Shown here: positions 1 through 14,068 of the stretch, piece by piece
How the letters are laid out: every line of letters starts with the position of its first letter
Numbering within the stretch: the stretch's first letter is position 1
Assembly: GCA_016867725.1 (NCBI GenBank)
Contig: VGIX01000001.1
Location: forward strand, 99,575 to 163,574
DNA from: Candidatus Effluviviaceae Genus I sp.
GTDB taxonomy: Bacteria; Joyebacterota; Joyebacteria; Joyebacterales; Joyebacteraceae
Length of the DNA stretch: 64,000 nucleotides
Reading direction: 5' to 3'
Made by a program: the position numbers and the translations under genes
Notes under the pieces: generated by a model
Databases searched by the model: none
What the model was told of the DNA's origin: nothing
What the model saw: only the letters and a program-made list of their open reading frames with translations

Positions 1-862
1 TCGCGCCCGCAGCCGCGCTCACCGATCTTCCGTAGTACTCGCGGTTCGTCGCCAGCCCGCCGGGGAACACGCCGGCGTCGAGGAACTCGCGGACGCCGCG
101 CAGGAGCGGCACGCTCGCGAGATCGATCTCGAGGGTCACGCGGCTCGCCCGCGCCATGGCGGACGCGTGCCCCGCGAGGCCGAAGCCCGTGACGTCGGTC
201 GCGGCCGTCGCTCCCGCCTCGACCATGGCCTCCGAGGCCGCGCGGTTCAGTCTCCTCATCACGGCCGTCGCCTCAGCGAGGCTCTCGGCGGAGAGCTTCC
301 CCTCCTTGAGCGCCGTCATGAGAATGCCCGTTCCGAGCGGCTTCGTGAGCGCGAGCGCCTGCCCGGGGCGCGCGCCGGCGTTCGTCACGACGCGCTTCGG
401 GTGGACCGTCCCCACCACGGCGAGCCCGTACTTGAGCTCGCGGTCGCTCACCGAGTGGCCGCCGACGATCGACACGCCGGCCTCGGCGGCCGTGTCCTCT
501 CCTCCAAGGAGGATCTCCGCCATCGCGTCCGGCGGAAGCTCCCCGTCGGGGAAGCACAGCACGTTGAGCGCCATCACGGGCCTTCCGCCCATCGCGTACA
601 CGTCGGAGAACGCGTTGGCCGCTGAGATCCTCCCGAAATCGCGCGCGTCGTCCACGACCGGCGTGAAGAAGTCCACTGTGAAGACGAGCGCGACCTCGTC
701 GTTCAGAAGGTAGACCCCGGCGTCGTCCACGGTGCCCTCGGAGACGAGCACGCGTGGATCCGCGATGGGCGGCAGCTTGGCGAGCACGGGAAGCAGGTCC
801 TCCGGACCCAGCTTCGACGCTCAGCCCGAGCAGCGCACCTTCTGTGTGAGCTTCCAGTCCAT
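1..862 (-). CDS. selD: Selenide, water dikinase SelD, 3' end truncated by the window edge. Predicted selenoprotein: in-frame TGA (Sec) at 821..823, codon 14.
   Basis: Minus-strand translation from ATG 860..862 (RBS GAGGGA 4 nt upstream) gives MDWKLTQKVRCSG-U-ASKLGPEDLL... then ...VDFFTPVVDDARDFGRISAANAFSDVYAMGGRPVMALNVL..., the AIR-synthase-like SelD fold. The TGA aligns with E. coli SelD Cys17 (GCGCK vs GUASK). The frame stays open for 287 codons to position 2. The ORF track missed it because of the TGA and the truncated end. Confidence 0.85.
785..823 (-). other. Sec (UGA) codon of selD at 821..823 plus a candidate bacterial SECIS stem-loop immediately downstream in the mRNA (lower coordinates).
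   Basis: mRNA: UGA GCGUCG AAGCUGGGUCC GGA GGACCUGCUU. The GGUCC/GGACC core extends with G-U wobbles to about 7-10 bp and starts about 7 nt after the UGA. Confidence 0.5.
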
Positions 863-928
863 CCGTCCCTCGTTCCGGGCGCCCGCCCTCGCGGGAACCG
901 GCGCCCGCGCCCCGGACCCGGCCGCCGC

Positions 929-2733
<1,805 letters not shown>

Positions 2734-2758
<25 letters not shown>

Positions 2759-4113
2759 GGGCGTGTTCCTTCCGACATCCGGGAGACGACGCCTTCGGCC
2801 GCGTCGGCGAGGGACCGTGCGTCCGCGGGACTCCCCGCCTCGGCGATGACCCGCACGACCGGCTCAGTACCGGACATCCTGACGTGAACCCACCTGCCGG
2901 GCCAGCACATCTTCACGCCGTCGGTGAGGTCCGGCGTGGCGCCCGAGAAGGCCGCCGCCATGGACTCCGTGAGCGCCTGCTGCGACGGCACGGCCGCCGC
3001 GACCTTCCGTTTGACCATCGAGTACGTCGGGAAACGCGCGACGACGGCCGACGCCGGCCCGGCGCCTGGCCGAGCGAGCGCGGTCATCACGAGGGCCGCC
3101 GCCGTCGCCGCGTCGCGCCCCGGGTGGACCGACGGCACGATGACGCCGCCGTTGCCCTCCCCGCCCACGACGGCGTTCACCTCGAGCATGCGCGCGACCA
3201 CGTTGATCTCACCGACCGCGGTCCGCCACAACGGCGCGCCGTGCGCCCGCGCGACGTCCTCGATCATGAGGCTCGTCGAGACGTTCGCGACGACGGGGCC
3301 CGGGCGGGCGGTCAGCACCACGTCCGCGGCGAGCGCGAGCGTGTACTCCTCGCCCACGGGTCGCCCGCGCTCGTCCACGATGGCGAGGCGGTCCGCGTCG
3401 GGATCGCACGCGAGCCCCGCGGCGGCGCGCTCGCGGACGACGGCCTCCGAGAGCGCCGCGAGGTGCTCGGGGACCGGCTCCGCACCCCGTGAGAACGGTT
3501 CCCCGGCCGCGCATGAGAGCTCCACGACGTCGCAGCCCAGGTCCCTGAGGAGCCCCGGCAGGACGACGGACCCCGCGGCGTTGACGCAGTCGAGCGCGAC
3601 GCGGGGACGCATCCGCGCGATCGCGTCGCGGTCCACGAACGGGCACGACGCCACGAGCCTGACGTGCTCGTCGGCTGCCCCGCTCCACGCCGACTCGGCC
3701 GGCCCGTCGCTGCGGACGGCCCCGCCACCGCCGTCGGCGAGGTCAAAGACGCGCTCGACCTCCTCGCGCGTGAGGAACACGCCGCGCGGCGAGAAGAACT
3801 TGAACCCGTTCCACTCCTCGGGGTTGTGGCTCGCCGTGACGGCGATGCCGCCGGCGAACCCGCGCAGCCGCGTCGCGACGCCCACGGTCGGCGTCGGCAC
3901 GACGCCGAGATCGATCGCTCCGGACCCGCTCTCCCGAACGCCGCGGCGGACCGCGGCGGCGAGGCGGTCGCCTCCCCGTCTGGAGTCGCGGCCCACGGCC
4001 ACGGCCCCGCGGACGGTCGCCCCGAAGGCCCGGCCGTACAGCGCCGCCGTCTCCTCCGTGATGTCCCGTCCGACGATGCCGCGGACTCCCGAAACGCCCC
4101 TGATGAGGCCCAT
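2734..4113 (-). CDS. glmM: Phosphoglucosamine mutase (phosphohexomutase family)
   Basis: 459 aa; MGLIRGVSGVRGIVG...TASHNP active-site serine loop; adjacent to glmS. Confidence 0.9.
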
Positions 4114-4161
4114 CCGGCGTCTCCATGCACATCGCGTGCCACCGGGCTTCCCGCCGCCGGC

Positions 4162-5682
4162 CTAGGGCCCGGGCGCCTGTGCGCCGCCGTCGCCGTCCGC
4201 GCCCAGCCGTTCGAGCGCGTCTTCCGCGAAGCTCGCGTAGTCCGTCGCCGGGTACGCGGCCGCGACCTCGGCGTACGCCTGCGCCGCGCCGACGGGGTCG
4301 CCCATGCGACGCTCGAGGATCCACGCCGCCGCGAGCCCGGCCTTCGGCGCGAACGCGCTCGAGGGATGGAGCGCCGCCACGTCGCGGTAGTATCCGAGCG
4401 CCTTCTCCGGCCGGTCCATGCTGAAGAGCAGGAGCTCGGCGGCGAGGAAGCGGGCCTCAGCCAGCTCGTCGTCCGGCGAGGCGGGACCCGCGTCGGGCTC
4501 CTCGGCGGACGGCAGAAGGCTCGTGTGGAGCGCGTCAGCGTGCGTCTCCTCAGGCGACGGCGGCGCGGTCGTCGTGTCCGCCGCGGCCTCCTCGCGTCCC
4601 TCGGACCGTCCGATGGCCTCGAGGTGCTTCGTGAGCGCGTTGAGGTCTTCCAGGGCGCGGGACGCGAGCCTGCTCGCCTCGCCGCGGGGCGACTCGTCGC
4701 GCGCCCGCGTGAAGACCTCGAGCGCCGCATCGACGTCGTCCTCTCGGTCCCGGCGGATGAGCCCGATGCGGTAGAGGGCGAGCGCCGAGCCTTCGGTGCG
4801 GGCGCGCGCCGCGGTGACGCTCTCGTACGCGGAGACGGCTGCACCGAGATCGCCGGCGAGCTCGTGCGCCTGTCCCTTGAGAAGCAGCACGCGATCGAGG
4901 GCGTCCCGGTCGGCGGTCCTGCGCTCGAGCTCCTCGAGAACGGCCAGCGCGCCGCCCGCGTCCCCGAGCCTGACGAGCGTGTCGGCAAGGCGCACCCTCG
5001 CCTCGAAGGCGACCTTCGGCGCCGCCGCCTCGCGACGGACCTGGTCGTACTGGTGCGCGGCCTCGGCCAGCATGCCGACGTCGGCGTAGTTCTCGGCCGC
5101 GAGGATCCTCACTTCGGCGCGGCGGTCGCTTCTCGGGAAGCGCTCGAGCGCCGCGAGGTACGTCTCGGCTGCCTCGTCGTGGTGCCTTCTCGCGTTCCTC
5201 GCCTTGCCGACGAGGACCATCGCGTCGTCCGACAGGTCGTTCGGCGGGGAGGCATCGGCCAGCGGACGCAGCGCCTCCTCGGCCCCGACCGGATCGCCCT
5301 TGCCGAGGAGCACCGCTCCGCGGAGATAGTCCGCCCTGTCTCTGAGCCCGCTTTCGGGGTGGTTCTGCCGGAGCTCCGCCAGGCGCGAGAGGGCGCTCTC
5401 GTGCTTCCCCTGCTGGTGGAGGGCCTCGGCCATGAGCACGAGGGCGTCGTCGGCCCACGACGAGTCCGGGTGATCCCTGAGGATCTTCGCGCACTTCTCG
5501 ATGACCCGATCGAGAAGCTCCTTCTCTCTGCTCGTCGGCGCGCCGTCGGGCGGCCTCGACTCCCTCAGGAGGGCCGCCTCCGACGCGGCGCTCCTCGCGT
5601 TGTAGAACGTGTTGTAGTACACGCAGCCGGACAGCGCGGGCAGGACGAGCAGGACAAGACAGACGAAGGCTCGCGTGAACAC
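4162..5682 (-). CDS. TPR-repeat lipoprotein
   Basis: 506 aa; signal peptide with lipobox LSGC; multiple TPR-like repeats rich in A/L/R/E. Confidence 0.75.
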   Translation of the reverse strand: MFTRAFVCLVLLVLPALSGCVYYNTFYNARSAASEAALLRESRPPDGAPTSREKELLDRVIEKCAKILRDHPDSSWADDALVLMAEALHQQGKHESALSRLAELRQNHPESGLRDRADYLRGAVLLGKGDPVGAEEALRPLADASPPNDLSDDAMVLVGKARNARRHHDEAAETYLAALERFPRSDRRAEVRILAAENYADVGMLAEAAHQYDQVRREAAAPKVAFEARVRLADTLVRLGDAGGALAVLEELERRTADRDALDRVLLLKGQAHELAGDLGAAVSAYESVTAARARTEGSALALYRIGLIRRDREDDVDAALEVFTRARDESPRGEASRLASRALEDLNALTKHLEAIGRSEGREEAAADTTTAPPSPEETHADALHTSLLPSAEEPDAGPASPDDELAEARFLAAELLLFSMDRPEKALGYYRDVAALHPSSAFAPKAGLAAAWILERRMGDPVGAAQAYAEVAAAYPATDYASFAEDALERLGADGDGGAQAPGP

Positions 5683-5749
5683 CGTGCGGCTCCTGTCGGC
5701 CCGCCTCCGGACGCCCGTCGGCGGTCCGCTCCCTGCCGGCGACCCGTTG

Positions 5750-7999
<2,250 letters not shown>

Positions 8000-8003
<4 letters not shown>

Positions 8004-8980
8004 GCCGGTTTCCCGTCACCCAGCTCGCTCGCGGCGCGCAGCAGCCTGGCCCGCACCGCGTCGCTTCCGTCGATGCGGACAAGCTCGGCCCGCAGTCCCG
8101 AGGCGCCGGGGAAGCCCCTCAGATATGCAGTGATGTGCTTCCTCATCTCGAGCACGCCCGTCCTCTCGCCCTTCGCGGCGACCATGAGATCCAGATGCTC
8201 GGCCGCCAGGCGAATGCGGTCGGTGAGCGTCGGAGGCTCCGGCGCCGGCAGCCCGGACCAGCGCGCGGCCGCGCCGGCGAAGACCCAGGGGTTGCCGACG
8301 GCCGCGCGCCCGATCATGACGCCGTCGCATCCGGTCTCGTCGCGCATCCGCGCGGCGTCGTCGGGCGTCCGGACGTCGCCGTTCCCGATGACGGGAACCG
8401 GCACGGCGGCCCGCACCGCGCGGATCACGCGCCAGTCCGCCGACCCGGTGAACCCCTGCCTGCCGGTCCGCGGATGCACGACGAGCGCGGCGACGCCGGC
8501 CTCGACGAGCGCCGCGGCGGCCTCCGGCGCGTTCACGTGACCCTCGTCCCAGCCGCTCCGGATCTTCGCGACGACGGGCCGGTCGGACGCCTCGACGACG
8601 GCGCGCGCGACCTCGGCCAGACGCCCGAGGTCTCGCATGAGCGCGGACCCGGCGCCCGAGCGCACGACCTTCCGCGCGGGGCAGCCGACGTTGATGTCGA
8701 GGAGGTCCGGCTTCAGGCGGCAGGCGGCCGCGGCGGCGGCGCCCATGGCCTCGGGCCGTGCCCCGAACAGCTGGAAGACGATCGGCCTCTCGTCGGGGTG
8801 AAACGCGAGGAGCCGCAGCGTCTTCGCGCCGCCGCGGACGAGGCCCTCGGCGCTCACCATCTCCGTCCAGACGAGCGACGCCCCCAGGCGCCTGCAGACC
8901 CTGCGCATGGGGCTGTCGGTGATGCCGGCCAGCGGCGCCAGCGCCAGCGGCGGAGTGACGGCAAGTCCCGCGATCGTCAT
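8000..8980 (-). CDS. dus: tRNA-dihydrouridine synthase
   Basis: MTIAGL..LAPLAGITD...FQLFG...INVGCPA...VVAKIRSGWD; TIM-barrel Dus family. True start placed at the internal Met 8978..8980; the Arg-rich extension is rejected. Confidence 0.85.
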
Positions 8981-9092
8981 CGGTCCCCCAAGGCCGGCGC
9001 TCCGCCCAACCCACGCAGCGCGCGGCGCCTCCGCGCAGAGGGGGCGGCGCGCCGCGCCGCCCCCCCATCCACGCCTGATCGACGGGCAGCCT

Positions 9093-10685
9093 CTACCGGC
9101 TCTGCGTCGCCGCCGCCGCCCGCGCTTCGGCCACACGCAGGAGCCCGGGGAGGTCGCCCGCCTCGCGGATCATCTCCGCCGCGGCCGCGATCTGGTTGTC
9201 CTCCTGAACGGCGGCGAGGTACGCGCTGTTCGGTCCCTCGAGCCTCCGCAGGAGCTCCCGCCTGATCCCGTACTCGATGCGCCCGCGGTGCCGCTCGAGC
9301 TCCCCGACATCGAAGGCGAAGCCGTCGCGCCCGAGGAACGCGACGAAGTCGGCCCACACCGCGCCGTCGACGGCCCCGGTCGCGCGGCGATGCGCCGGAG
9401 CGTACTCGACCGCGAACTCGAAGAACTCGCCGCGGCGCTCAAGATCGACGACGATCTCGGGAACGTCGTCCACCTCGACCACCACGTCCGGCGTGATGCC
9501 TCCGCCGCCGTAGACCGTCCGACCGGCGTTCGTCCTGTAGATCGGCTTCGGACGCTCGTCCGCGCCCGCGCCGGCGTCCGCCCGATCGCCCGCAGGGTCG
9601 CCGTTCCAGCGCTCGGGCTTCTCGATGAGCCGGCCGCTCGCGGTGTACCACTTGGCCGTGGTGATCTTCATCGCGCAGTCCTTCGTGAGCGGCCGCAGGC
9701 GCATGAGGGTCTGGACCGATCCCTTGCCGAAGGTCTCGGTGCCGACGACGATCCCGCGGTCCCAGTCCTGCACCGCGCCCGCGAGGATCTCCGACCCGCT
9801 CGCGCTGCCGCCGTTCGTCAGCACGACGATCGGGAAGTCGTCCGGATAGCGCGACGGCGTGCGGGCCTTGAACCGCTGGTTCTGGTCCTCGAGCCTCCCC
9901 TTCGTGCTCACGACGAGCTCCCCGGTGTCGAGGAAGACGTCCGAGAGATCGACGGCCTGGGTCAGGAGCCCCCCGGGGTTGCTGCGGACATCGACGATGA
10001 GTCCCTTCATGCCCCTGGACTCCAGCTCGGCGAGCCGCTTCGTGAGCTCTTCCGTCGTCGTCCTCGCGAACCGCGAGATCCTCACGTAGCCCACGCCGCC
10101 GTCGAGGACGAACGCGTAGGGAACGCTGTCGACCTTGATGATGTCGCGCGTCACGGTGTACTCGAGCAGATCGTCGATGCCCTGGCGCTGGATCGTGATG
10201 CCGACCTTCGTCCCGGGCGCTCCGCGCAGCTCCTTGATGGCGTCGTCCACCGTGATCCCCCGCGTGGGGCGGCCCTCGATCGCGACGATCCTGTCCCCCG
10301 ACTGGATCCCGAGATCGTACGCGGGCGTGCCCTCGATCGGGCTCACGACGGTCAGGACGCCGTCCCTCACGGTGATCTGGATGCCGAGCCCTCCGAACTC
10401 CCCTTCGGTCGTGACCTGGAAGTCCCCGAAGGCCTCCTCGTCGAGGAACATGGAGTACGGATCGAGCGACGCGAGCATGCCGCGGATCGCGCCGTACATG
10501 AGCTCCTTGGCATCGACCTCCTCAACGTAGGCGCCCTCGACCTTCGCGAGGGCGTCGTTGAAGAGATCGAGGTACGTGTAGATGTCGTTGGCGGCCCCGA
10601 CACGCTCGACCGCCCATCCCCCCAACACCATCCCGACCACAAGCGCCGTGATGATGGGGCCCCATCGCCTGAGACGCGCTGTCAT
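9093..10685 (-). CDS. ctpA: Carboxyl-terminal processing protease (S41 peptidase, PDZ domain)
   Basis: Membrane anchor, PDZ domain (GDRIVAIEG), S41 catalytic region (VVLTNGGSASGSEILAGAV, TFGKGSVQ). Confidence 0.85.
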   Translation of the reverse strand: MTARLRRWGPIITALVVGMVLGGWAVERVGAANDIYTYLDLFNDALAKVEGAYVEEVDAKELMYGAIRGMLASLDPYSMFLDEEAFGDFQVTTEGEFGGLGIQITVRDGVLTVVSPIEGTPAYDLGIQSGDRIVAIEGRPTRGITVDDAIKELRGAPGTKVGITIQRQGIDDLLEYTVTRDIIKVDSVPYAFVLDGGVGYVRISRFARTTTEELTKRLAELESRGMKGLIVDVRSNPGGLLTQAVDLSDVFLDTGELVVSTKGRLEDQNQRFKARTPSRYPDDFPIVVLTNGGSASGSEILAGAVQDWDRGIVVGTETFGKGSVQTLMRLRPLTKDCAMKITTAKWYTASGRLIEKPERWNGDPAGDRADAGAGADERPKPIYRTNAGRTVYGGGGITPDVVVEVDDVPEIVVDLERRGEFFEFAVEYAPAHRRATGAVDGAVWADFVAFLGRDGFAFDVGELERHRGRIEYGIRRELLRRLEGPNSAYLAAVQEDNQIAAAAEMIREAGDLPGLLRVAEARAAAATQSR

Positions 10686-10698
10686 GTCGCTGCCCTCG

Positions 10699-11355
10699 TC
10701 AAAGCCCGCGGCGTTCCAGAAGCTCGTCGATGCGCTGCGCCACCAGACGGGCGATCGCATCCGGGTCTTGCCCCGCGTCGATGACCACGAAGCGCGCGGG
10801 TTCGCGCTTCGCGGCCTCGAGATAGGCCGCCCTCACCCTCCGATGGAAGTCCAGCGCCTCGCTCTCGATCCTGTCCCGACCCTGCCGTCCGCCCCCCGTC
10901 GAGAACCTGGCCAGTCCCGACGCAGGGTCGAGGTCGAGCAGAAACGTGACGTCCGGTTGGACGCCCCCGGTCGCCATTCTGTTGAGCGGGTCGACGGTCT
11001 CCCAGCCGAGGCCTCTGCCGCCTCCCTGGTAGGCCACGCTCGCGTCCGCATACCGGTCCGAGATGACGACGGCGCCCCGCTCAAGGCCCGGCCGCACGAC
11101 CTGGCTCACGTGCTCCGCCCTGGACGCAAGATAGAGGAGGAGCTCGGTGAGCGGGAGCATCCCGGCCTGGGCGTGGTCGAGGAGGATGCGGCGGAGCTCT
11201 TCTCCGAGCGGCGAGCCGCCCGGCTCGCGGCTCACGACGACGGGCGTCCCGCGACGCCTGAGATGCGCCTCGAGCGCTCGCGCCTGGGTTGACTTGCCGG
11301 AACCCTCGACGCCCTCGAACGTCACGAAGAGCCCGGCGCGACCGAGCTTCGGCAT
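10699..11355 (-). CDS. tmk: Thymidylate kinase
   Basis: MPKLGRAGLFVTFEGVEGSGKSTQ P-loop, DRY motif; start at the internal Met 11353..11355 (219 aa); the Arg-rich extension is rejected. Confidence 0.9.
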   Translation of the reverse strand: MPKLGRAGLFVTFEGVEGSGKSTQARALEAHLRRRGTPVVVSREPGGSPLGEELRRILLDHAQAGMLPLTELLLYLASRAEHVSQVVRPGLERGAVVISDRYADASVAYQGGGRGLGWETVDPLNRMATGGVQPDVTFLLDLDPASGLARFSTGGGRQGRDRIESEALDFHRRVRAAYLEAAKREPARFVVIDAGQDPDAIARLVAQRIDELLERRGL

Positions 11356-11441
11356 GCGGACTCCGTGGGGGGTGCTCGCCGCATCGGTGAGGGAGCGGGA
11401 CGCCACCCGCCGACGCGGGACCGTTGCCCCCGTCCGTGTCC

Positions 11442-12602
11442 CTAGGGCTTCGCCGCCGCGGCGCCGGCAGGCTTCGTGCCCTGCCCCGCCTTCGCGGACC
11501 CGGCCGGGGCGGCGTCCTTCGCGTGCCGCACGATGAACTCCTCGGTGGCGCGGCGCGCCTCGTCGTCGGTGTACTGGACCGGCGGGGACTTGAAGAAGTA
11601 GGACGACGGCGCCTCGACGGCGCCGGAGAGGCCGTTGTCCAGCGCGAGCTTCATGCAACGGACGGCGTCGATCATGACGCCGGCCGAGTTCGGCGAGTCC
11701 CACACCTCGAGCTTGAGCTCGACGTTCAGAGGAACGTCCCCGAAGGTCCGCCCCTCCATCCTCACGTACGCCCACTTCCTGTCGGTGAGCCAGGCGACGT
11801 AGTCCGACGGCCCGATGTGCACGTTGTCGTGGCCGATGTCGTAGTCGAGCTGCGACGTGACGGCGTTCGTCTTCGAGATCTTCTTGGACTCGAGGCGCGA
11901 GCGCTCGAGCATGTTCAGGAAGTCGGTGTTGCCGCCGACGTTGAGCTGGCTCGTGCGCTCGAGCCGGACGCCGCGGTCGCGGAAGAGCCGCGTGAGTACG
12001 CGGTGCACGATGGTCGCGCCGACCTGCGACTTGACGTCATCGCCCATGACCGGCAGGCCCTTCCGCTCGAAGCGCTGCTGCCAGTAGCGCTCGCGCGCGA
12101 TGAACACCGGGATCCCGTTGACGAACCCGCAGCCCGCCTCGAGGATCTGCTCGACGTACCACTTCGTCGCCTCCTCGCTCCCCACGGGGAGGAAGTTGAC
12201 GACGACGTCGGTCTTCGTGTCCTTGAGGAGCCCGACGATGTCCTCGGTCGGCCCGGGGGCCTTCTCGATGATCTCGGAGAGGTACTTCCCGAGGCCGTCG
12301 TGCGTCATGCCCCTCGCCACGCGGACCCCCTGGTGCGGCACGTCGCTGAACTTGAGCGTGTTGTTCGGCTTCGTGAAGACCGCCTGCGACAGGTCCTTGC
12401 CCACCTTGTTCCTGTCGATGTCGATCGCCGCCGAGAACTCGATGTCGCCCACGTGGTAGCCGCCGAGGACCGTGTGCATGAGCCCCGGGATGAACTGGTC
12501 GGGCTGAGCGTTCCGGTAGTACTCGACACCCTGGACGAGCGACGAGGCGCAGTTGCCGACCCCGATGATGCACACCCTGACCTTCTTGCCCATGACGAAC
12601 AC
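11442..12602 (-). CDS. ino1: myo-Inositol-1-phosphate synthase (inositol-3-phosphate synthase)
   Basis: 386 aa; [23 protein letters not shown] Rossmann motif and overall similarity to bacterial/archaeal MIPS. Confidence 0.85.
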   Translation of the reverse strand: MFVMGKKVRVCIIGVGNCASSLVQGVEYYRNAQPDQFIPGLMHTVLGGYHVGDIEFSAAIDIDRNKVGKDLSQAVFTKPNNTLKFSDVPHQGVRVARGMTHDGLGKYLSEIIEKAPGPTEDIVGLLKDTKTDVVVNFLPVGSEEATKWYVEQILEAGCGFVNGIPVFIARERYWQQRFERKGLPVMGDDVKSQVGATIVHRVLTRLFRDRGVRLERTSQLNVGGNTDFLNMLERSRLESKKISKTNAVTSQLDYDIGHDNVHIGPSDYVAWLTDRKWAYVRMEGRTFGDVPLNVELKLEVWDSPNSAGVMIDAVRCMKLALDNGLSGAVEAPSSYFFKSPPVQYTDDEARRATEEFIVRHAKDAAPAGSAKAGQGTKPAGAAAAKP

Positions 12603-12625
12603 CCCCAGAGGCGCTCCGGTGAGCG

Positions 12626-13225
12626 CTAGGACCCGAGCTTACGAAGGACGTGACCGAGCCGATGGATGGCCGTCGCGTGCGACAGCACCGCGAGCAGCCA
12701 CGCGGCCCAGCGGAAGCGCGCGGGGCCGAGGAACGCGCCGACGATCAACAAGACCATGCGCTCGGGGCGTTCGGCGATCCCGACGTCGCACGTCGCGCCC
12801 ACGGCCTCCGCCCTCGCCTTCGCGTAGCTCACCAGAATGGAGCCGGAGACCGCGAGGAAGAGAGCCACGGCGGCGGACGCGTCCGGACCCGCGGGCCGCA
12901 GGAGGTAGTAGAGGAAGGCCCCGGCCAGCGCGACGACCTCCGAGTACCGGTCGAGCGTCGAGTCCAGGAACGCCCCCGACGCCGAGGCCCGTCCGCCTGC
13001 CCGCGCCGTCGCCCCGTCCACCATGTCGCAGACGCCCGCGAGGACGAGGAACCCGCCCGCGGTCCCGAACCGGCCGGCCCAGAAGGCCCACCCGGCCCCC
13101 GCCGACAGCGCGAGCCCGGCAACGGTGATGGCGTCCGGGGGTATCTTGAGCCTGACCGCGAGCGACGCGACGGGGTCAAGGACCTTCCGGATCCGGCTCT
13201 TCAGCCCGCCAGCGCCCATGCGCAC
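12626..13225 (-). CDS. CDP-alcohol phosphatidyltransferase family membrane protein; likely phosphatidylinositol-phosphate synthase given the ino1 neighbour (inference).
   Basis: 199 aa polytopic protein; CDP-OH_P_transf motif region DxxDGxxAR...G...D...D ([10 protein letters not shown]...[10 protein letters not shown]). Confidence 0.7.
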   Translation of the reverse strand: MRMGAGGLKSRIRKVLDPVASLAVRLKIPPDAITVAGLALSAGAGWAFWAGRFGTAGGFLVLAGVCDMVDGATARAGGRASASGAFLDSTLDRYSEVVALAGAFLYYLLRPAGPDASAAVALFLAVSGSILVSYAKARAEAVGATCDVGIAERPERMVLLIVGAFLGPARFRWAAWLLAVLSHATAIHRLGHVLRKLGS

Positions 13226-13306
13226 GCGCCCCGCACGCGATCGCCCTCACCTCTCCCCGGTATCCGACCGTCGGACCGCGCAGTCTAGCATCGCGGAAGA
13301 GAGGTG

Positions 13307-14068
13307 TCAACCTCCGAGGTCTGGAGCGTCGGCCTGGGCGCCGCCCCGCGCGCCCTCGCCGCCGCCGACGACGACCACGATCTCGCCCCGCCAGGCGGCG
13401 TCGGCCGCGACCCCGGCGAGCTCGCCCAGCGAGCCGCGGACGACCTCTTCGTGGACCTTCGTGAGCTCGCGCGCGACGGCGGCCGGGCGGTCGCCGAGGA
13501 CATCGCGCATGGCGGCGAGCGTCGCCGCGATCCTGTGAGGCGCCTCGTAGAAGACGAGCGTGCACGGAAGCGCGGCGACCTCCGCGAGCTTCCTCGCCCG
13601 CGCGCCGGGCTTCCTCGGGAGGAACCCGCCGAAGTAGAAGGGCATGGGCGGGAGCCCGGCCACCGAGAGCGCGGCCGCCAGCGCGGTCGCGCCGGGCACG
13701 GGCACGACGTCGAACCCCTCGCGGGCGCAGAGGCTCACGACGCGGTAGCCCGGATCGGCGAAAAGCGGGGTCCCCGCGTCGGTGACGAGTGCCACGTCGT
13801 CCCCGCGCTCCAGGCGCGCGAGCACGGCCGCGGCCGCGCGTTCCTCGTTGTGCTCGTGGTACGAGAGAACCGGCGTCCTGATGCCGTAGTGGGAGAGCAG
13901 CTTCCTGGTGTGGCGGGTGTCCTCGGTGGCGACCGCGGCGACGGCCTTGAGGACCTCGATGCCGCGGAGCGTCATGTCGCCGAGGTTGCCGATGGGTGTG
14001 GCGACGACGTGGAGACGGCCTCGCCGCGCGTTCGCCGTCACGAGGTCCTCCTGGCGGCGCCCCGTCAC
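13307..14068 (-). CDS. rsmI: 16S rRNA (cytidine1402-2'-O)-methyltransferase
   Basis: LHVVATPIGNLGDMTLRGIEVLK tetrapyrrole-methylase-fold RsmI signature; start overlaps the recJ stop. Confidence 0.85.
   Translation of the reverse strand: MTGRRQEDLVTANARRGRLHVVATPIGNLGDMTLRGIEVLKAVAAVATEDTRHTRKLLSHYGIRTPVLSYHEHNEERAAAAVLARLERGDDVALVTDAGTPLFADPGYRVVSLCAREGFDVVPVPGATALAAALSVAGLPPMPFYFGGFLPRKPGARARKLAEVAALPCTLVFYEAPHRIAATLAAMRDVLGDRPAAVARELTKVHEEVVRGSLGELAGVAADAAWRGEIVVVVGGGEGARGGAQADAPDLGG

Noticed and set aside
156-713. Plus-strand ORFs 156..713 and 167..625
   Set aside because: They are antisense to the selD frame, which translates into a full AIR-synthase-like SelD. Their composition is Ala/Ser/Arg-rich with no recognisable family.
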